This document shows positions 28,594-39,045 of a DNA stretch of 64,000 bases, in pieces. The notes beneath the pieces were generated by a model. It saw nothing but the letters and a program-made list of their open reading frames with translations. It searched no databases and was not told where the DNA came from. Numbering within the stretch: the first letter of the stretch is position 1; the number at the start of each line of letters is the position of its first letter. Source of the DNA: an uncultured bacterium (lineage in GTDB: Bacteria; Krumholzibacteriota; Krumholzibacteriia; LZORAL124-64-63); assembly GCA_963732385.1 (NCBI GenBank), contig CAVSZB010000007.1:352001-416000 (forward strand), in the 5' to 3' direction. A program made the translations under genes and the position numbers.

Positions 28594-28625
28594 AAAAGAA
28601 AAACGGGCTGCCCTCGCAACCCGTT
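28594..28625 (-). terminator. Rho-independent terminator after tRNA-Gly
   Basis: AACGGGTTGC-GAGG-GCAGCCCGTT followed by TTTCTTTT. Confidence 0.8.
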
Positions 28626-28640
28626 GTCTTTATTTAAGTT

Positions 28641-28716
28641 TGGAGCGGGCAACGAGGCTCGAACTCGCGACCCTCAGCTTGGGAAGCTGATGCTCTACCA
28701 ACTGAGCTATGCCCGC
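28641..28716 (-). tRNA. tRNA-Gly(CCC)
   Basis: 76 nt: GCGGGCA acceptor stem, D-loop AGTTGGTA, anticodon loop TTCCCAA, GTTCGAG T-loop, encoded CCA. Confidence 0.97.
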
Positions 28717-28728
28717 TCCGTGGGAGTC

Positions 28729-28757
28729 AAACTACCGTGCGGGCGGGGGCCTGTCAA
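28729..28757 (-). promoter_or_regulatory. Sigma70 promoter of tRNA-Gly
   Basis: TTGACA-N17-TAGTTT 12 nt upstream of the tRNA. Confidence 0.75.
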
Positions 28758-28791
28758 GGGCGGAGCTGGGTCTGCAAAGGATTATCAGGGC

Positions 28792-29733
28792 TCAGGTTGC
28801 GGCGGCGGTGGTGAGCAGGAATTCCAAGGCTTTGGCGATGGCGGGGTCCTCGGGATGGCCCTGGGCGGCCTTGGGGAGGATGCGGAACCAGGTTTCCTGT
28901 CGCTTGGCGTACTGCCGCGTGGCGGCGGTGATCTTCGGCTCCAACTCTTCTGTTCCCAACTCGCCGCGCAGGTGGGCCACGATCTCGCGGTAGCCGATCG
29001 CCCGCAGGCCCCGCGCCTGCGGTCCGTACGTCGCGAGCAGTCCCGCGGTCTCCTTCATCCACCCCGCTTCGAGCATCGCCTTGGTCCTGGCGGCGATCCT
29101 CGCGTGCAGATCCGTCCTGTCCCGGCTGACCCACACCAGGGGGAACCTCAAGCCGAGCGCCGGGTCCGGCGCCTGCTCGTGGGCCTGCATCTGCTCGGTC
29201 ATGGTGCGGCCGGTGGCGAGGCAGATCTCCAGGGCCCGCTGGCTGCGGTAGCGGTCCGAGGGGTGGATGCGGGCGTGGCTGGCGGGGTCGAGGGTGCGGA
29301 GTTGGGCGCGGATCTCCTCGGTGGGGAGGCCGGTGAGGCGGGCGCGCAACTCGGCGGTCTGCGCGGGGGCCACGACCGGCATGGCGAACAGGCCCTTCTC
29401 CACGGCCGACAGGTACAGTCCGGCTCCTCCGACCAGGATCGGGATGCGACCGCGGCCGCGGATCTCCTGGCAGGCAGCGCTGAAGTCCTGGCGGAAGCGC
29501 TGGGCCGAGTAGGATTCAGTCGGCGGGACGAAGTCGATCAGGTGGTGGCGGCAGGCGGCCTGCTCTTCCGGTGTCGGCTGGGCTGTCCCGATGCGCAGAC
29601 CGTGGTGGATCTGGCGGCTGTCGAGGGAGATCACTTCGATGGGGTGACGCTTCGCCAGTGCAACGATGAGCGATGTCTTGCCGGCGGCGGTGGGGCCGGC
29701 GAGGACGGGGCAGATGGCGATTGGCGCGGACAT
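28792..29733 (-). CDS. miaA: tRNA dimethylallyltransferase
   Basis: GPTAAGKT, ISLDSRQI, IGTAQP, VGGAGLY, TRQYAKRQETWFR; follows mutL. Confidence 0.95.
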   Translation of the reverse strand: MSAPIAICPVLAGPTAAGKTSLIVALAKRHPIEVISLDSRQIHHGLRIGTAQPTPEEQAACRHHLIDFVPPTESYSAQRFRQDFSAACQEIRGRGRIPILVGGAGLYLSAVEKGLFAMPVVAPAQTAELRARLTGLPTEEIRAQLRTLDPASHARIHPSDRYRSQRALEICLATGRTMTEQMQAHEQAPDPALGLRFPLVWVSRDRTDLHARIAARTKAMLEAGWMKETAGLLATYGPQARGLRAIGYREIVAHLRGELGTEELEPKITAATRQYAKRQETWFRILPKAAQGHPEDPAIAKALEFLLTTAAAT

Positions 29734-31595
29734 CAGCGGCGGCCGAAGCGTTTTTCGAGTTCTTCGAGCGGGAACTGGATCAGCGTGGGGCGGCCGTGCG
29801 GACAGGACAGCGGCAGGTCGGTGGCGAAGAGGCGGTCCACCAGGTTCTGCATCTCGGCGACCGTGAGGAGCTCGCCGGCGCGGATGGCGCCGTGGCAGGC
29901 GAAGCTGGCGAGGAGGTCTTTGCGGCTTTCGTCGCCGGGGTCGCCGCCTTCGGCCAGGTCGTCGAGGATGTCGAGGAGCATCTGGCCTTCCGACCAGTTC
30001 TTGAGGGAGGCGGGGATGCCCTGGACGAGGATGGCGTGGCCGCCGAACGGTTGGATCAGGAAGCCCAGCTTCTCCAGTTGCTTCTCGGCGCCGAGGTAGG
30101 CCTGGATCTGGCCGGGGGCCAGCTCGAGGTTGACGGGGAAGAGGAGTTGCTGGGTGGGGACGCTGGCGCCGCCTTCGCCGAGGGCTTTGGCGGCCTCGTT
30201 GTAGAGGATCCGCTCGTGGCTGTTGTGCTGGTCGATCATGACCAGGCCGCCGCGGATCTGGGCCAGGATGTAGGTGCGGTGGAGCTGCCAGAACAGGGCG
30301 GAGCGCTGCAGGGTTTCGTCGGCCATGAGGGGGCCGGACTGGGCTGACGACGTGGGCGTGGCGCCGCTGCCGGCCGATGGCAAGGCGCCGCCGGCGGCGC
30401 GGCCGCTGAAGAGGCTGGCCTGGCCGGCGCTGTCTTTATCACTGCCACCGTCGCCGCCGAAGCGGCGTTCGTAATAGTCGCGCTCGGCAGCGGCGATGCC
30501 GCGGAGCATGCCGGCGAGCGCTTCGGGGTCGGCGGCCACGCCGGACGAGGCGGGACCGGTCACGTCGTTGGCGAGATCGAACGGGCCGGCGCGTTTCAGG
30601 TTCAGTCCGTCCTGGAGGGCGGAGTGGATCAGGCCGAAGACGCTGCGCTCGAGCAGCAGGCGCACCTCGCTCTTGGCGGGGTGGACGTTGACGTCGACCT
30701 CGCCGGGCGGCACCTGGATGAAGATGATCGCCACCGGGTGGCGGCCAGGCGGCACCACGTCGCGGTAGGCCTGGGCGATGGCCTGGGTCAGGGTGGCGCT
30801 GCGGATGGGGCGGCGGTTCACGTAGATGTACTGCTGCGAGCGGTTGCCCCGGGTCCAGGTGGGGCGCGAGGCGAGGCCCATCACCGAGAGCCCCCCCTGC
30901 TCCTGCTCGAAGCGGGCCATGTGCTCCATGACGGCGGGGCCGAGCAGTTCGCGCGCGCGGGCCGGCAGCGATTCGACCGGGAGCAGGTCGAGCAGGGTTT
31001 CGCCGTCGGCGGTGAGGCGCCAGCGCACCTCGGGGGTGGCGAGGGCGAAGGCGGTGACCAGGTTCACGATGGCGCGCCGCTCGGCCGGGGCGGTGCCCAT
31101 GAACTTGCGGCGGGCCGGGGTGTTGAAGAACAGGTCGTCCACCTGGACGGTGGTGCCGCGGGTGCGGGGGGCCGGTTCGCGACGGTCGGTGCGGCCGGCG
31201 ATCAGGGTATGCAGCCCACCGACCTCCTCCCCCTCGGCGCGCGAGATGATCGTGAGGCGGCTGACCGAGGCAATGCTGGCCAGCGCCTCGCCGCGGAAGC
31301 CGAAGGTGCCGACGCTGACGATATCGGCGGCGGAGCCGATCTTGCTCGTGGCGTGGCGCTCACAGGCGAGCGGCAGTTCGCGCCACGGGATGCCGTGGCC
31401 GTCGTCTTCGACCACCAGCGAGGCGAGTCCTCCCTCCTGCACCATGATGCGGACGCTGCGGGCCCCGGCGTCGAGCGCGTTCTCGACCAGTTCCTTCACG
31501 ACCGACGCCGGCCGCTCGATCACCTCGCCGGCGGCGATGCGGTCGATCGTCGAGCTGTCGAGCAGACGGATGGGGCGCGGCTGGGGCGCGGGCAT
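29733..31595 (-). CDS. mutL: DNA mismatch repair protein MutL
   Basis: IAAGEVIERP, GFRGEALASI, VDVNVHPAK, DQHNSHER, ACH, CPHGRP. Confidence 0.97.
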   Translation of the reverse strand: MPAPQPRPIRLLDSSTIDRIAAGEVIERPASVVKELVENALDAGARSVRIMVQEGGLASLVVEDDGHGIPWRELPLACERHATSKIGSAADIVSVGTFGFRGEALASIASVSRLTIISRAEGEEVGGLHTLIAGRTDRREPAPRTRGTTVQVDDLFFNTPARRKFMGTAPAERRAIVNLVTAFALATPEVRWRLTADGETLLDLLPVESLPARARELLGPAVMEHMARFEQEQGGLSVMGLASRPTWTRGNRSQQYIYVNRRPIRSATLTQAIAQAYRDVVPPGRHPVAIIFIQVPPGEVDVNVHPAKSEVRLLLERSVFGLIHSALQDGLNLKRAGPFDLANDVTGPASSGVAADPEALAGMLRGIAAAERDYYERRFGGDGGSDKDSAGQASLFSGRAAGGALPSAGSGATPTSSAQSGPLMADETLQRSALFWQLHRTYILAQIRGGLVMIDQHNSHERILYNEAAKALGEGGASVPTQQLLFPVNLELAPGQIQAYLGAEKQLEKLGFLIQPFGGHAILVQGIPASLKNWSEGQMLLDILDDLAEGGDPGDESRKDLLASFACHGAIRAGELLTVAEMQNLVDRLFATDLPLSCPHGRPTLIQFPLEELEKRFGRR

Positions 31596-31682
31596 GGATC
31601 ACCTTTCGCGGTGGCGCGCCGGTGGCGCAGCACGACCGGGGAAGATTAAGCGCACGACGGTGCGGCGTCAACGACGGGGGAG

Positions 31683-33959
31683 CTATTCGAGGTGCAACAG
31701 GGCGGCGGTGGCGGCGGCGAGCACGGCGCGCGGCTCGTCGTGGCGTCCGGGGTAGAGGACGTGGCCCACACTCAGCGGCAGGGTCGGATTATCCATCAGA
31801 TCCCGCACCATCGCGGCGAGGCGCCGTTCGAAGTGCGACACCAGGTTGTTCTCCTCCGGGGCCAGCACGACCAGAGTGCCGTCGGCGAGCGAACTGACGA
31901 AATCGGAGCTGCGCACCGCGCCGGCCAGCAGGCCGGCCACGGCGGCTGCCGCGATATCGTCCCAGGCGGACGCGCCGGTGGCCCGTAACGCCGTCAGCGA
32001 AAAGGCGCCGTGATAGCGGTCGCAGCGGTCCATCTCGCGCCGCAGGATCTCGACCAGCAGCTCTTCGCGCTGGCAGGCGATGTCGGAGCTGGTGGCTGTC
32101 GGTGAAGCCGGGGCATCGTCGTCCGCCACGACCTGCTGCTCCTCCGGCCGGGGCGCCGGCGGCCGCTCGCGCAGCAGAGTCGGCAGCAGGCGGGCCAAAC
32201 GTCCGGCCAGTTCCGCGTCGAACTCGGTGAACACCGCGCCGTCGAGCGAATGGAGGCGCTGCTTGCCCGACAGGAGCAGGCCGGGGGCCCCCTCCTCCTG
32301 ACCGGCGGTCACCGCCAGCAGGGTGGTCTCGTGCAGACGGGGCTCGGGCGTGTCGGACAGGACAGTGGTGCGCCAGCCGTCGTGGCGGGCCTCGGCCAGC
32401 AGGCGCGCCGCGTCGGCGAACCAGGGCGAGGCGGGCGGGGTGTGGCCGGGCGGCACGCGGGGCGCGCCATGGTCGTCGAAGCCGCTGACGATGTGCGCTT
32501 CGTCGGCGCCGGTGAGACGACGGGCGGCGTCGGCCAGCAGATCGATTGGCGAGGCGCCGAACGGCTGCAAGTCGGGATCGGCGGCGGCGATCTCGGTCAG
32601 GGCGGCGGTGAGCGCCGCGAAGCGCTCGAGCCGGTCGCGCTGCGTGAAGCGGCTCACCAGTTCCGGCAGCCGCTTCTCGAGCAGGTAGACGACCTCTCCC
32701 GAGATGTCATGGAAGCGGTGGGCCTCCACGGCCGTGGGGAAGCCGGCGGCGAGGATCGCCTGCGGCGGGGTGCCGACCGGCAGGCAGAACAGAGTCCAGC
32801 GGCCGTTCCCGGGGCGCTCGGCGGTGCCCAGTTCCCTGACGACGAGTGGGCGGCCGGTCTGCAGCACCTCGTTCCAGGCCGGATCGTCGAGCGGCCGGTG
32901 CTCGCAGAGCGGCTCGCCGTCGGGCCGGTTCTCGGCGGCCAGCAGCGAGCCGTCCTCGCAGATCAGCGCCAGCGCGAGCTGCGAGGCGCCGATGCGCCGG
33001 GCAAGCGCATCGACCCACCCGGTCAGGATGTCGGCCAGCGGCAGCGGCGGCTGCATGATCTCCTGCAGCTGCCGGTCGGTCTCGCGGAACGATTCTCCCT
33101 CGCGCGCGCGCTGCAGGCCGAGGAACCGGTTCAGGATCAGGCCGAGCCGACCGGCCAGTCGGTCGATGGTGGCCAGGTCGTCCTCGCCGAGCCGGTGATC
33201 GCCAGTGCCGACGCTGACGTTGATCACGCCGAGCAGGCGCCCCTCGTGCACGAGCGGCGCGCTGATGGCGGCGGCGATGTCGGGACGGTCGCGTGGCGTG
33301 TCGGTCGCCGGGCGGCTCAGCACCAGCTCAGCGCGCAACTGCTCCGCCACCCGTCCGGCGATGCCGTGGCCGAGCGTCTGGCGGGTGGCGTGCAGGGTGC
33401 TTTCGCTCAGGCCGTAGGCGCAGGCGATGTAGAGCTGCCGCGCTTTCTCGTCGTAGAGCATGATCGAGCCGGCCGTGGCGCCGACGGCGCGCGTGGCGAG
33501 CGCCAGCAGCCAGCGCAACAACGATTCGCGATGCAGCGCCTCCTCGATGCGGCTGAGCGTGCGGTGCACCGATTCGGTCTCGCGCTCGAGCCGCTCGAAG
33601 TGCCGCGGCGCCGGGCGCGCCACGAACGCCGTCACCGGCGGGGGCGCGAGCAGGCGCAGAAACTCGGACGTCGGCAGCGGCGCGTAACCGAGGCGCGCGG
33701 CCGCCGCCACCAGCGGCAGGGCGTCGGGCTGGCCGGGCGGGTAGACCCAGTAGTCGGCCCCCTTGAGCGCCGGCGCGTCGGGACCGGCGAAGATCGGAAT
33801 TCCCATCACCTCGGCGATCGTGGTGCCGACTGCGTTGCCGGTCGGATCGACCACGCCGATGACTTTGGCGTCACGCCGGCGCGAAAGATCGGCCAGCAGG
33901 CCGATCTCCGCCTCGGCGGGGAGGATCAAGGCAACGTTCCATGGCACCGGCTGCGACAT
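31683..33959 (-). CDS. GAF-domain protein with C-terminal degenerate GGDEF-like domain
   Basis: GAF motifs GSIMLYD...GHGIAGRVA...APLVHEGRLLGVINV; C-terminal LRREMDRCDRYHGAFSL...VRSSDFVSSLADGTL. Confidence 0.75.
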   Translation of the reverse strand: MSQPVPWNVALILPAEAEIGLLADLSRRRDAKVIGVVDPTGNAVGTTIAEVMGIPIFAGPDAPALKGADYWVYPPGQPDALPLVAAAARLGYAPLPTSEFLRLLAPPPVTAFVARPAPRHFERLERETESVHRTLSRIEEALHRESLLRWLLALATRAVGATAGSIMLYDEKARQLYIACAYGLSESTLHATRQTLGHGIAGRVAEQLRAELVLSRPATDTPRDRPDIAAAISAPLVHEGRLLGVINVSVGTGDHRLGEDDLATIDRLAGRLGLILNRFLGLQRAREGESFRETDRQLQEIMQPPLPLADILTGWVDALARRIGASQLALALICEDGSLLAAENRPDGEPLCEHRPLDDPAWNEVLQTGRPLVVRELGTAERPGNGRWTLFCLPVGTPPQAILAAGFPTAVEAHRFHDISGEVVYLLEKRLPELVSRFTQRDRLERFAALTAALTEIAAADPDLQPFGASPIDLLADAARRLTGADEAHIVSGFDDHGAPRVPPGHTPPASPWFADAARLLAEARHDGWRTTVLSDTPEPRLHETTLLAVTAGQEEGAPGLLLSGKQRLHSLDGAVFTEFDAELAGRLARLLPTLLRERPPAPRPEEQQVVADDDAPASPTATSSDIACQREELLVEILRREMDRCDRYHGAFSLTALRATGASAWDDIAAAAVAGLLAGAVRSSDFVSSLADGTLVVLAPEENNLVSHFERRLAAMVRDLMDNPTLPLSVGHVLYPGRHDEPRAVLAAATAALLHLE

Positions 33960-34126
33960 GGCGGCTCCGGGTTGGCGTCAGGGCACAATATGCCAACGGT
34001 TTCGACCATTGGCGGGGGGACTTGAGGGTAGCGGAAGGGGATTTGTGCCGTGGTCCGCGCCGGTGGCGGAGGGCGCCGGAGGGCAGCGCCGGCCGGGGCC
34101 GTCGAAATCGACGTATCGTTATGAAA

Positions 34127-36796
34127 TCAAGACAGTTGTTCGCGTATCTTCGCCAGCCACATGAAGGCGTCGACCGGGCTGAGGCGGTCCAGGTCGAGGT
34201 GGCGGAAGGCGGCCAAAGCATCGCGCTCGGCGTCGGTGAAGAGGCTCAACTGCCGCACCGGAGCGGGCGCGGCGGGACTGTCGGCGGCCAGGGAGGCGCC
34301 GCCGGGCAGGCCCTGGAAGGCGCCGCTGGCAAGGACGCGGGCATCCTCCAGCGAAAGTCCTTCGAGAATTTCCTGGGCGCGCTTGAGCACCGGCTCGGGC
34401 ACGCCGGCGAGTCGAGCCACGTGGATGCCGTAACTGCGGTCGCTGCGACCCGGCTGCACGGCGTGCAGGAAGACGATCCGCCCCTCCCACTCCCGCACCT
34501 CGAGCCGCAGGTTCACCAGACCGGGCAGTTTGTCCTCGAGCGCGCACAACTCGTGATAATGGGTGGCGAAGATGGTGCGGGGCCGCGGGCCGCGCGGGTC
34601 GTGCAGATGCTCGGTGATGGCCCAGGCGAGCGAGAGGCCGTCGTAAGTGGCGGTGCCGCGGCCGATCTCGTCGAGGATGACGAGGCTGCGCCGCGTCATC
34701 TGGCGCAGGATGTGGGCGGTCTCGGCCATCTCGACGAAGAAGGTCGACTGGCCGCGCGCCACGTTGTCGCTCGCGCCGACCCGCGTGAACACACGGTCGG
34801 TCACGCCGATGCGCGCCGCGCGCGCCGGCACGAAGGAGCCGGCCTGCGCCAGCAGCACGATCACCGCGGTCTGTCTCAGATAGGTGGACTTGCCCCCCAT
34901 GTTGGGACCGGTCAGCAGGAGAAGCTGGCGCGACTCGCCGTCGAGCGTGGTGTCGTTGGGGATGAAGTCGTGGTCGAGCAGCGCCTCGACGACCGGGTGG
35001 CGCCCCTGTTCGATGTCGAGCGCCAGCGAGTCGTCGCAGACCGGGCGGCACCAGTCGCGCTGCTCGGCCAGTTCGGCGAAGGCGAACATGAGGTCGATCT
35101 CGCCGACGGTGCGCGCGGCCGCGGCGATGGCGGCGAGGCGGTCGGTGACGGCGCGCTGCAGCGCCTCGAGGATGAGCGCTTCGCGCCGCTGCGACTCCTG
35201 CTCGGCGACCGCGATGCGCCGCTCGGCCTCCGTCAGTTCGGGGGTGACGAAGCGGGCCGCGTTGACCAGAGTCTGCCGCTGCTGGTAGTCGGCCGGCGTC
35301 TTGTCGAGATGGCGGCTGGTGATCTCGTAGTAGTAGCCGAAGACCCGGTTGTAGCCGACCTTCAGCGTGGCGATGCCGGTGCGCTCGCGCTCGCGCGCCT
35401 GCAGCCCGGCCAGATAGCCGCGGGTGTCGCGCGCGAGGGCGAGTTGGGCGTCGAGCTCGGGGTCGAAGCCGGGGCGGATGGCGCCGCCGGCACGTGGCGC
35501 GGCGGGCGGGTCGTCGGTCAGCGTGTCGAGCAGGCGGCGGGCGAGGTCGTCGAGCGGGGGCAGCGACGCGGCGCGGCGGGCGACGGGGTGGGCCGCATGA
35601 CCGTCGGCGCCGGCCGCGGCGGCGAGCGCGGCGACGGCGCGCAGGGAGAGGGCGAGCTGGCGCAGCTGCGCCGGCCCGCAGCGTCCGGCGGCGGCGCGCG
35701 CCGCCCAACGCTCCAGGTCCCCCATGCCGCCCAGGATCGTGCGCAGGCGCTGGCGCCACTCGCGGTCGGTCACCGCGCCGGCCACGCCGGCGTGCCACTC
35801 CCCGAGCAGGACGAGATCGGTGAGCGGCTCGGCGAGGCGGCGTTCGAGCAGCCGTCGGCCGGCCGGGGTGACGGTGGCGTCGAGGTGGTGGATCAGCGTT
35901 CCAGCGCCCCGTTCGCCGCGCAGGGTGCGGAACACCTCCAGGTTGCGCAGGGTCTCCTCGTCGAGCAGCAGACGGTCGCCCCGTTCGCTGAAGCGCAGCG
36001 ATGTCACCTGTTCCGGCCGCCGCAACGCCAGTGAAGTGACGTAGCGCAGCAGCGCCCCGGCCGCCCCGGAGGCCAGTTCGCGGCCGGCGCGGGCGAGGCC
36101 GAACATCTCCAGCCCCGCCACCTGGAAGTGGCCGAGCAGGGTCTGCGTGGCGAGCGCGGGATGAAACCAGGCGCCGCTGACCGTGTTGATGACGGCCCCC
36201 GGCAGCGCCGCGCGCCAGCCGGCCACCTGCGCACCGGGCAGATCCTCGGCCACGATCACCTCGCGCACCGGGTTTCGCTCGCACAGAGCGGCGAGCTCGG
36301 CGTTCTCCTGGCCGCAGATGAACTCGCCGGTCGAGACATCGAGCAGGGCCCAGCCGGCCTCACCCATGGCGTCGCCAGCGGGCGCGGCGCCGCGCGACGG
36401 ACTCCAGGCCAGGCAAAAGCTGGCCGCGGCTCCCGGCAGCAGTTGCGGTGCGCAGGCGGTGCCGGGGCTGATGATCTCCACGACTTCGCGCCGGACCAGC
36501 CCCTTCGCCGCCGCCGGATCCTCGATCTGCTCGCAGATGGCGACCGTCAGGCCGGCCGCCAGCAGCCGGGTGAGGTAGACATCGAGGGCGTGGTGCGGCA
36601 CGCCGGCCAGCGGCACCGGATGGTCGCTGTGGCGGTCGCGCGTGGTCAGCTGGACGCCGGTGACCCGGGCCAGCGTGAGCGCATCGTCGAAGAAGGTCTC
36701 GAAGAAGTCCCCCATGCGGAACAGCAGCAGCGCGTCAGGGTGACGCCCCTTGATCTCCAGGTACTGGGCGAGCATGGGGGTGACTTTGCCGGTCAT
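34127..36796 (-). CDS. mutS: DNA mismatch repair protein MutS
   Basis: TPMLAQY, FRMGDFFE, TGPNMGGKST, STFFVEM, LDEIGRGT, FATHYHEL, SYGIHVA. Confidence 0.97.
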   Translation of the reverse strand: MTGKVTPMLAQYLEIKGRHPDALLLFRMGDFFETFFDDALTLARVTGVQLTTRDRHSDHPVPLAGVPHHALDVYLTRLLAAGLTVAICEQIEDPAAAKGLVRREVVEIISPGTACAPQLLPGAAASFCLAWSPSRGAAPAGDAMGEAGWALLDVSTGEFICGQENAELAALCERNPVREVIVAEDLPGAQVAGWRAALPGAVINTVSGAWFHPALATQTLLGHFQVAGLEMFGLARAGRELASGAAGALLRYVTSLALRRPEQVTSLRFSERGDRLLLDEETLRNLEVFRTLRGERGAGTLIHHLDATVTPAGRRLLERRLAEPLTDLVLLGEWHAGVAGAVTDREWRQRLRTILGGMGDLERWAARAAAGRCGPAQLRQLALSLRAVAALAAAAGADGHAAHPVARRAASLPPLDDLARRLLDTLTDDPPAAPRAGGAIRPGFDPELDAQLALARDTRGYLAGLQARERERTGIATLKVGYNRVFGYYYEITSRHLDKTPADYQQRQTLVNAARFVTPELTEAERRIAVAEQESQRREALILEALQRAVTDRLAAIAAAARTVGEIDLMFAFAELAEQRDWCRPVCDDSLALDIEQGRHPVVEALLDHDFIPNDTTLDGESRQLLLLTGPNMGGKSTYLRQTAVIVLLAQAGSFVPARAARIGVTDRVFTRVGASDNVARGQSTFFVEMAETAHILRQMTRRSLVILDEIGRGTATYDGLSLAWAITEHLHDPRGPRPRTIFATHYHELCALEDKLPGLVNLRLEVREWEGRIVFLHAVQPGRSDRSYGIHVARLAGVPEPVLKRAQEILEGLSLEDARVLASGAFQGLPGGASLAADSPAAPAPVRQLSLFTDAERDALAAFRHLDLDRLSPVDAFMWLAKIREQLS

Positions 36797-37557
36797 GGGC
36801 GGGGCGTCGCCTCGACGACGATGGCCGACAGACCGAGTTCGCGGCGCAGTCCGGCGGCCGCGGCGACGGCGGCATCGCGCGTGGGCCAGGCGCCGTAGCG
36901 GACCTTGTAGATGGCGGCGCCGGTGGCGTCGCGACCGGCCAGCAGCTTGAGCCCCGGCAGACCGGCGCGCCATTTGGCGACGAAGGCGCGGGCCCGCGGC
37001 TCCTCGGTGAAGGCGCCGAGCTGCAGGGCGAAGCCGCCGGCGGCCGGAGCGGGCGTGTCCGCGCGGGTGCGGACCGCGGGCGCGCTCCTGATGGTGGCCG
37101 GCCGGGCCAGGGCGCGCGCCGAGGCTTCGGCCCAGTACGCCGCCTCGCCCGCCGGCGGCGCCTTGCCGAGCCGCCGGGCCATGTCGAGCGCCTCCAGGGT
37201 GGCGGCGTGGCGTCCACGGGCGAATTCGGCACCGGCCAGTTCGAGGGCGAAGCGGGCGCGCAGCGGCGACGGCAGATCCTCGCGGGCGAGGCCGACGCGC
37301 ATGGCGCTCAGCGCGGCCCCCGGCGCGGTTTCGAGGCGCATGCGCCAGTAGAGCCCCTCGGCGGAGGCGGGCGTGCGCCCGCCGACGTCGGCCGCGAGCC
37401 GGAGGGCGTCGTCGTAGCGGGCTGAGCGGAAAAGGGTTTCAACCTGCCGCCAGCCGGAGGAGGCCACGGCGACGGCGGCCAGGCCGAACAGCAGCGCGGC
37501 GGCGGGCAGGAGCGCGCGCGCCAGCGACCGGCGCGGCGCGGATGTGACGCCCGGCAA
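36793..37557 (-). CDS. Exported SPOR-domain protein with TPR-like N-terminus
   Basis: GAGGAGG RBS before TTG; signal/TM; FALQLGAF...YKVRYGAW. Confidence 0.8.
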   Translation of the reverse strand: MPGVTSAPRRSLARALLPAAALLFGLAAVAVASSGWRQVETLFRSARYDDALRLAADVGGRTPASAEGLYWRMRLETAPGAALSAMRVGLAREDLPSPLRARFALELAGAEFARGRHAATLEALDMARRLGKAPPAGEAAYWAEASARALARPATIRSAPAVRTRADTPAPAAGGFALQLGAFTEEPRARAFVAKWRAGLPGLKLLAGRDATGAAIYKVRYGAWPTRDAAVAAAAGLRRELGLSAIVVEATPRP

Positions 37558-37568
37558 GGCGAACCTCC

Positions 37569-38720
37569 TCAGCGCGCGGTCAGAGCGACAGTGCCGAAGC
37601 CATGGCAGCCGGGACAGAACCAGATCGGTTCCGGATGCCGTGCGCCGCAGTCGCCGCACTGCCAGGCGGTGACGGTGGCCGGCATGCGCAGGGTCCGCCA
37701 GACGCGCGCAAAATCGGCCTGAGGACTGTCCGCCGCGAGCTGCTTCAACAACGGCGCGGCCACATCGGGGGTGAGCCCGGGGTCGCCCGACTTGCCGGCG
37801 AGCAGTTCCAGGCCGCGGTGCCGCTGCCCGAGCTTCTCGTACAGCAGCGCCAGCGCGATCCAGAGGGCCGGCGGCGCCGTGTCGGCGAGCGAGGCGGCCT
37901 CGAGGATCGGGATCGTCCGCTCGAACCGGCCGCTGCGCAGCAGCACGTCCTGCAGCGCCGGCAGGAACAGTTGCATGTAGTCAGGGTGGGCGACCAGCCC
38001 TGACGTGAGGATCCCGGTCGCCTCGTCCACGTTGCCGGCGGCGGCCGCGAGCAACGCGCGCACGAAGTCGAGGCGGGCGTCGTTCCCGGCCCCCTGGCGC
38101 ACCCCCTTGAGGAGCTGCCGGGTCTCGCCAAGGTGGCCTTCGCGCACGGCGCGCAGCGCCCGATCGAGCTGGTACAGATCGAAGTCGCGCTGGAAGCGGG
38201 CGCGGGTGCCGGCCTCGGCCTTGCGCGCCCCGTCCCGCAGCGCGCGCGCGGCGAGCGCGGCGTCGCCCAGACCGACCCACTGCCGGAAGCGGGCGCGCCA
38301 GAAGCGGGCCGAGCCGAGCGCGAGGTTCTCCAGCTCGTCCAGGACGAGTCGCGCCTCCTCCCAGTGCTCGAGGGCGATCAGATCGTCGGCCAGCGCCAGG
38401 GCGATCGACACCCGTTTCTGTTCCGGAACGTCGGCCCGGATGGTGAGCGTGCGGTGGAGCACCGCGGCGCGTTTCGCGTCGCCCAGGCCGCGCAGCAGGT
38501 TGCCGAGCTGCAGGTAGGGATCGATGGAGCCGGGCTCCGCCTCGATCGCCATGCGCAGGGCAGCTACCGCCCCGTGCGTCTCGCCGGCCAGCCACAGCTC
38601 GAGGCCCCGGGTGTAGTGATCCTCCCCGAGCACGATCCGGCGACGGCGGCGGAAAATCCAGAACAGCGCCGCGGCGACCGACGCGCCGATCAGCAGGAGG
38701 AAGAGCGCGGTCTCACCCAT
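37569..38720 (-). CDS. lapB: LapB-like TPR protein with C-terminal rubredoxin-like motif
   Basis: N-terminal TM, YLQLGNLLR...RAAVLHRTL, CGDCG...WFCPGC; coupled to lapA. Confidence 0.75.
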   Translation of the reverse strand: MGETALFLLLIGASVAAALFWIFRRRRRIVLGEDHYTRGLELWLAGETHGAVAALRMAIEAEPGSIDPYLQLGNLLRGLGDAKRAAVLHRTLTIRADVPEQKRVSIALALADDLIALEHWEEARLVLDELENLALGSARFWRARFRQWVGLGDAALAARALRDGARKAEAGTRARFQRDFDLYQLDRALRAVREGHLGETRQLLKGVRQGAGNDARLDFVRALLAAAAGNVDEATGILTSGLVAHPDYMQLFLPALQDVLLRSGRFERTIPILEAASLADTAPPALWIALALLYEKLGQRHRGLELLAGKSGDPGLTPDVAAPLLKQLAADSPQADFARVWRTLRMPATVTAWQCGDCGARHPEPIWFCPGCHGFGTVALTAR

Positions 38721-39039
38721 CGCGACCCTCCGGCGCGATCGCGGGCGCGTAGTCCTGCAGCGGCAGGGTCCGCAGTTCGACGATCTCCTTCTCGCGGGTC
38801 TGGAGCGTCCGCTTCAGGCCGCGGAGCTGTCCGTGGATGCGCAGCTCCCGCACGGCGGCCATCACGAAGCAGGTGAGGAATCCGATCAGGAAGGCGACCA
38901 GGAGCACCCAGACGAGCTGGACGTCAAGGTAGTCCTGCCCGAAGAGATGGATGTCCACGCTCGAGTTGCTGTTCATCGCGAAGAACGTGGCCAGCACCAC
39001 GAGCAGCAGCAGATAGAACAGACCCTTGACGATCCCCAC
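38713..39039 (-). CDS. lapA: LapA-family membrane protein
   Basis: Two TMs with FFAMNS between them, coiled-coil tail ending ELRTLP. Confidence 0.75.
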   Translation of the reverse strand: MGIVKGLFYLLLLVVLATFFAMNSNSSVDIHLFGQDYLDVQLVWVLLVAFLIGFLTCFVMAAVRELRIHGQLRGLKRTLQTREKEIVELRTLPLQDYAPAIAPEGRDG

Positions 39040-39045
39040 AGCCGT

